Assembly: GCA_002633005.1 (NCBI GenBank)
Contig: NMRA01000252.1
Span: 463,654 to 527,653 of the forward strand
Length of the DNA: 64,000 nucleotides
Direction of reading: 5' to 3'
DNA from: Phoronis australis
Taxonomy: Eukaryota; Animalia; Phoronida
The notes under the pieces were generated by a model that was not told where the DNA came from, did no database searches, and saw nothing but the letters and a program-made list of their open reading frames with translations. Each line of letters begins with the position of its first letter. Within the stretch, counting starts at the first letter, position 1. Position numbers and translations under genes: made by a program. Positions 63,597 through 64,000 of this stretch are shown piece by piece.

Positions 63597-64000
63597 TAAC
63601 CCATGTAACAAACACATGTTTAGTTTGGCTGATGGGTAGCTGTCTAACCCATGTAACAAACACACGTTTAGTTTGGCTGATGGGTAGCTGTCTAACCCAT
63701 GTAACAAACACATATTTAGTTTGGCTGATGGGTAGCTGTCTAACCCATGTAACAAACACATGTTTAGTTTGGCTGATGGTAGCTGTCTAACCCATGTAAC
63801 AAACACATTGTTTAGTTTGACTGATGGGTAGCTGTCTAACCCATGTAACAAACACATGTTTAGTTTGACTTATGGGTAGCAGTCTAACCCATGTAACAAA
63901 CACATGTTTAGTTTGGCTGATGGGTAGCAGTCTAACCCATGTAACAAACACATGTTTAGTTTGGCTGTCTAACCCATGTAACAAACACATGTTTAGTTTG
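63597..64000. repeat. 48-bp minisatellite, same unit as 60493-60611, runs off the window
   Basis: Unit taacccatgtaacaaacacatgtttagtttggctgatgggtagctgtc, at least 8 copies. Confidence 0.95.

Overview
Eukaryotic, AT-rich genomic DNA from a marine-type invertebrate (lophotrochozoan or invertebrate deuterostome, inferred from gene content). It is a draft scaffold with ten single-n contig joins, several flanked by duplicated haplotype sequence. Four protein-coding genes can be reconstructed by hand. (1) A TRIM-NHL gene with an intron-free CDS (RING/B-box/B-box/coiled-coil/NHL, 5070-6972, +), cut by a gap. (2) A complete 5-exon 6-phosphogluconolactonase (PGLS, 25050-40767, +, 241 aa). (3) A secreted four-EF-hand protein (47689-42939, -) with unusual loop spacing and two Cys that suggest a disulfide-linked EF1/EF4 pair. 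(4) A partial Raw/OLRN-1-like gene (56260->63241, +) combining EF-hand-like segments with a nucleoside-deoxyribosyltransferase-like domain; one of its exons sits on a misplaced contig. Between these are decayed minus-strand LRR and discoidin-like coding remnants, a THAP-bearing Kolobok-type element, a non-autonomous Helitron, Helentron/HINE-type fragments, several long-TIR MITEs and many minisatellites. I found no rRNA, tRNA or CRISPR array. Nothing proves a wholly new system; the best leads are the EF-hand plus NDT-like Raw protein and the secreted EF-hand protein.
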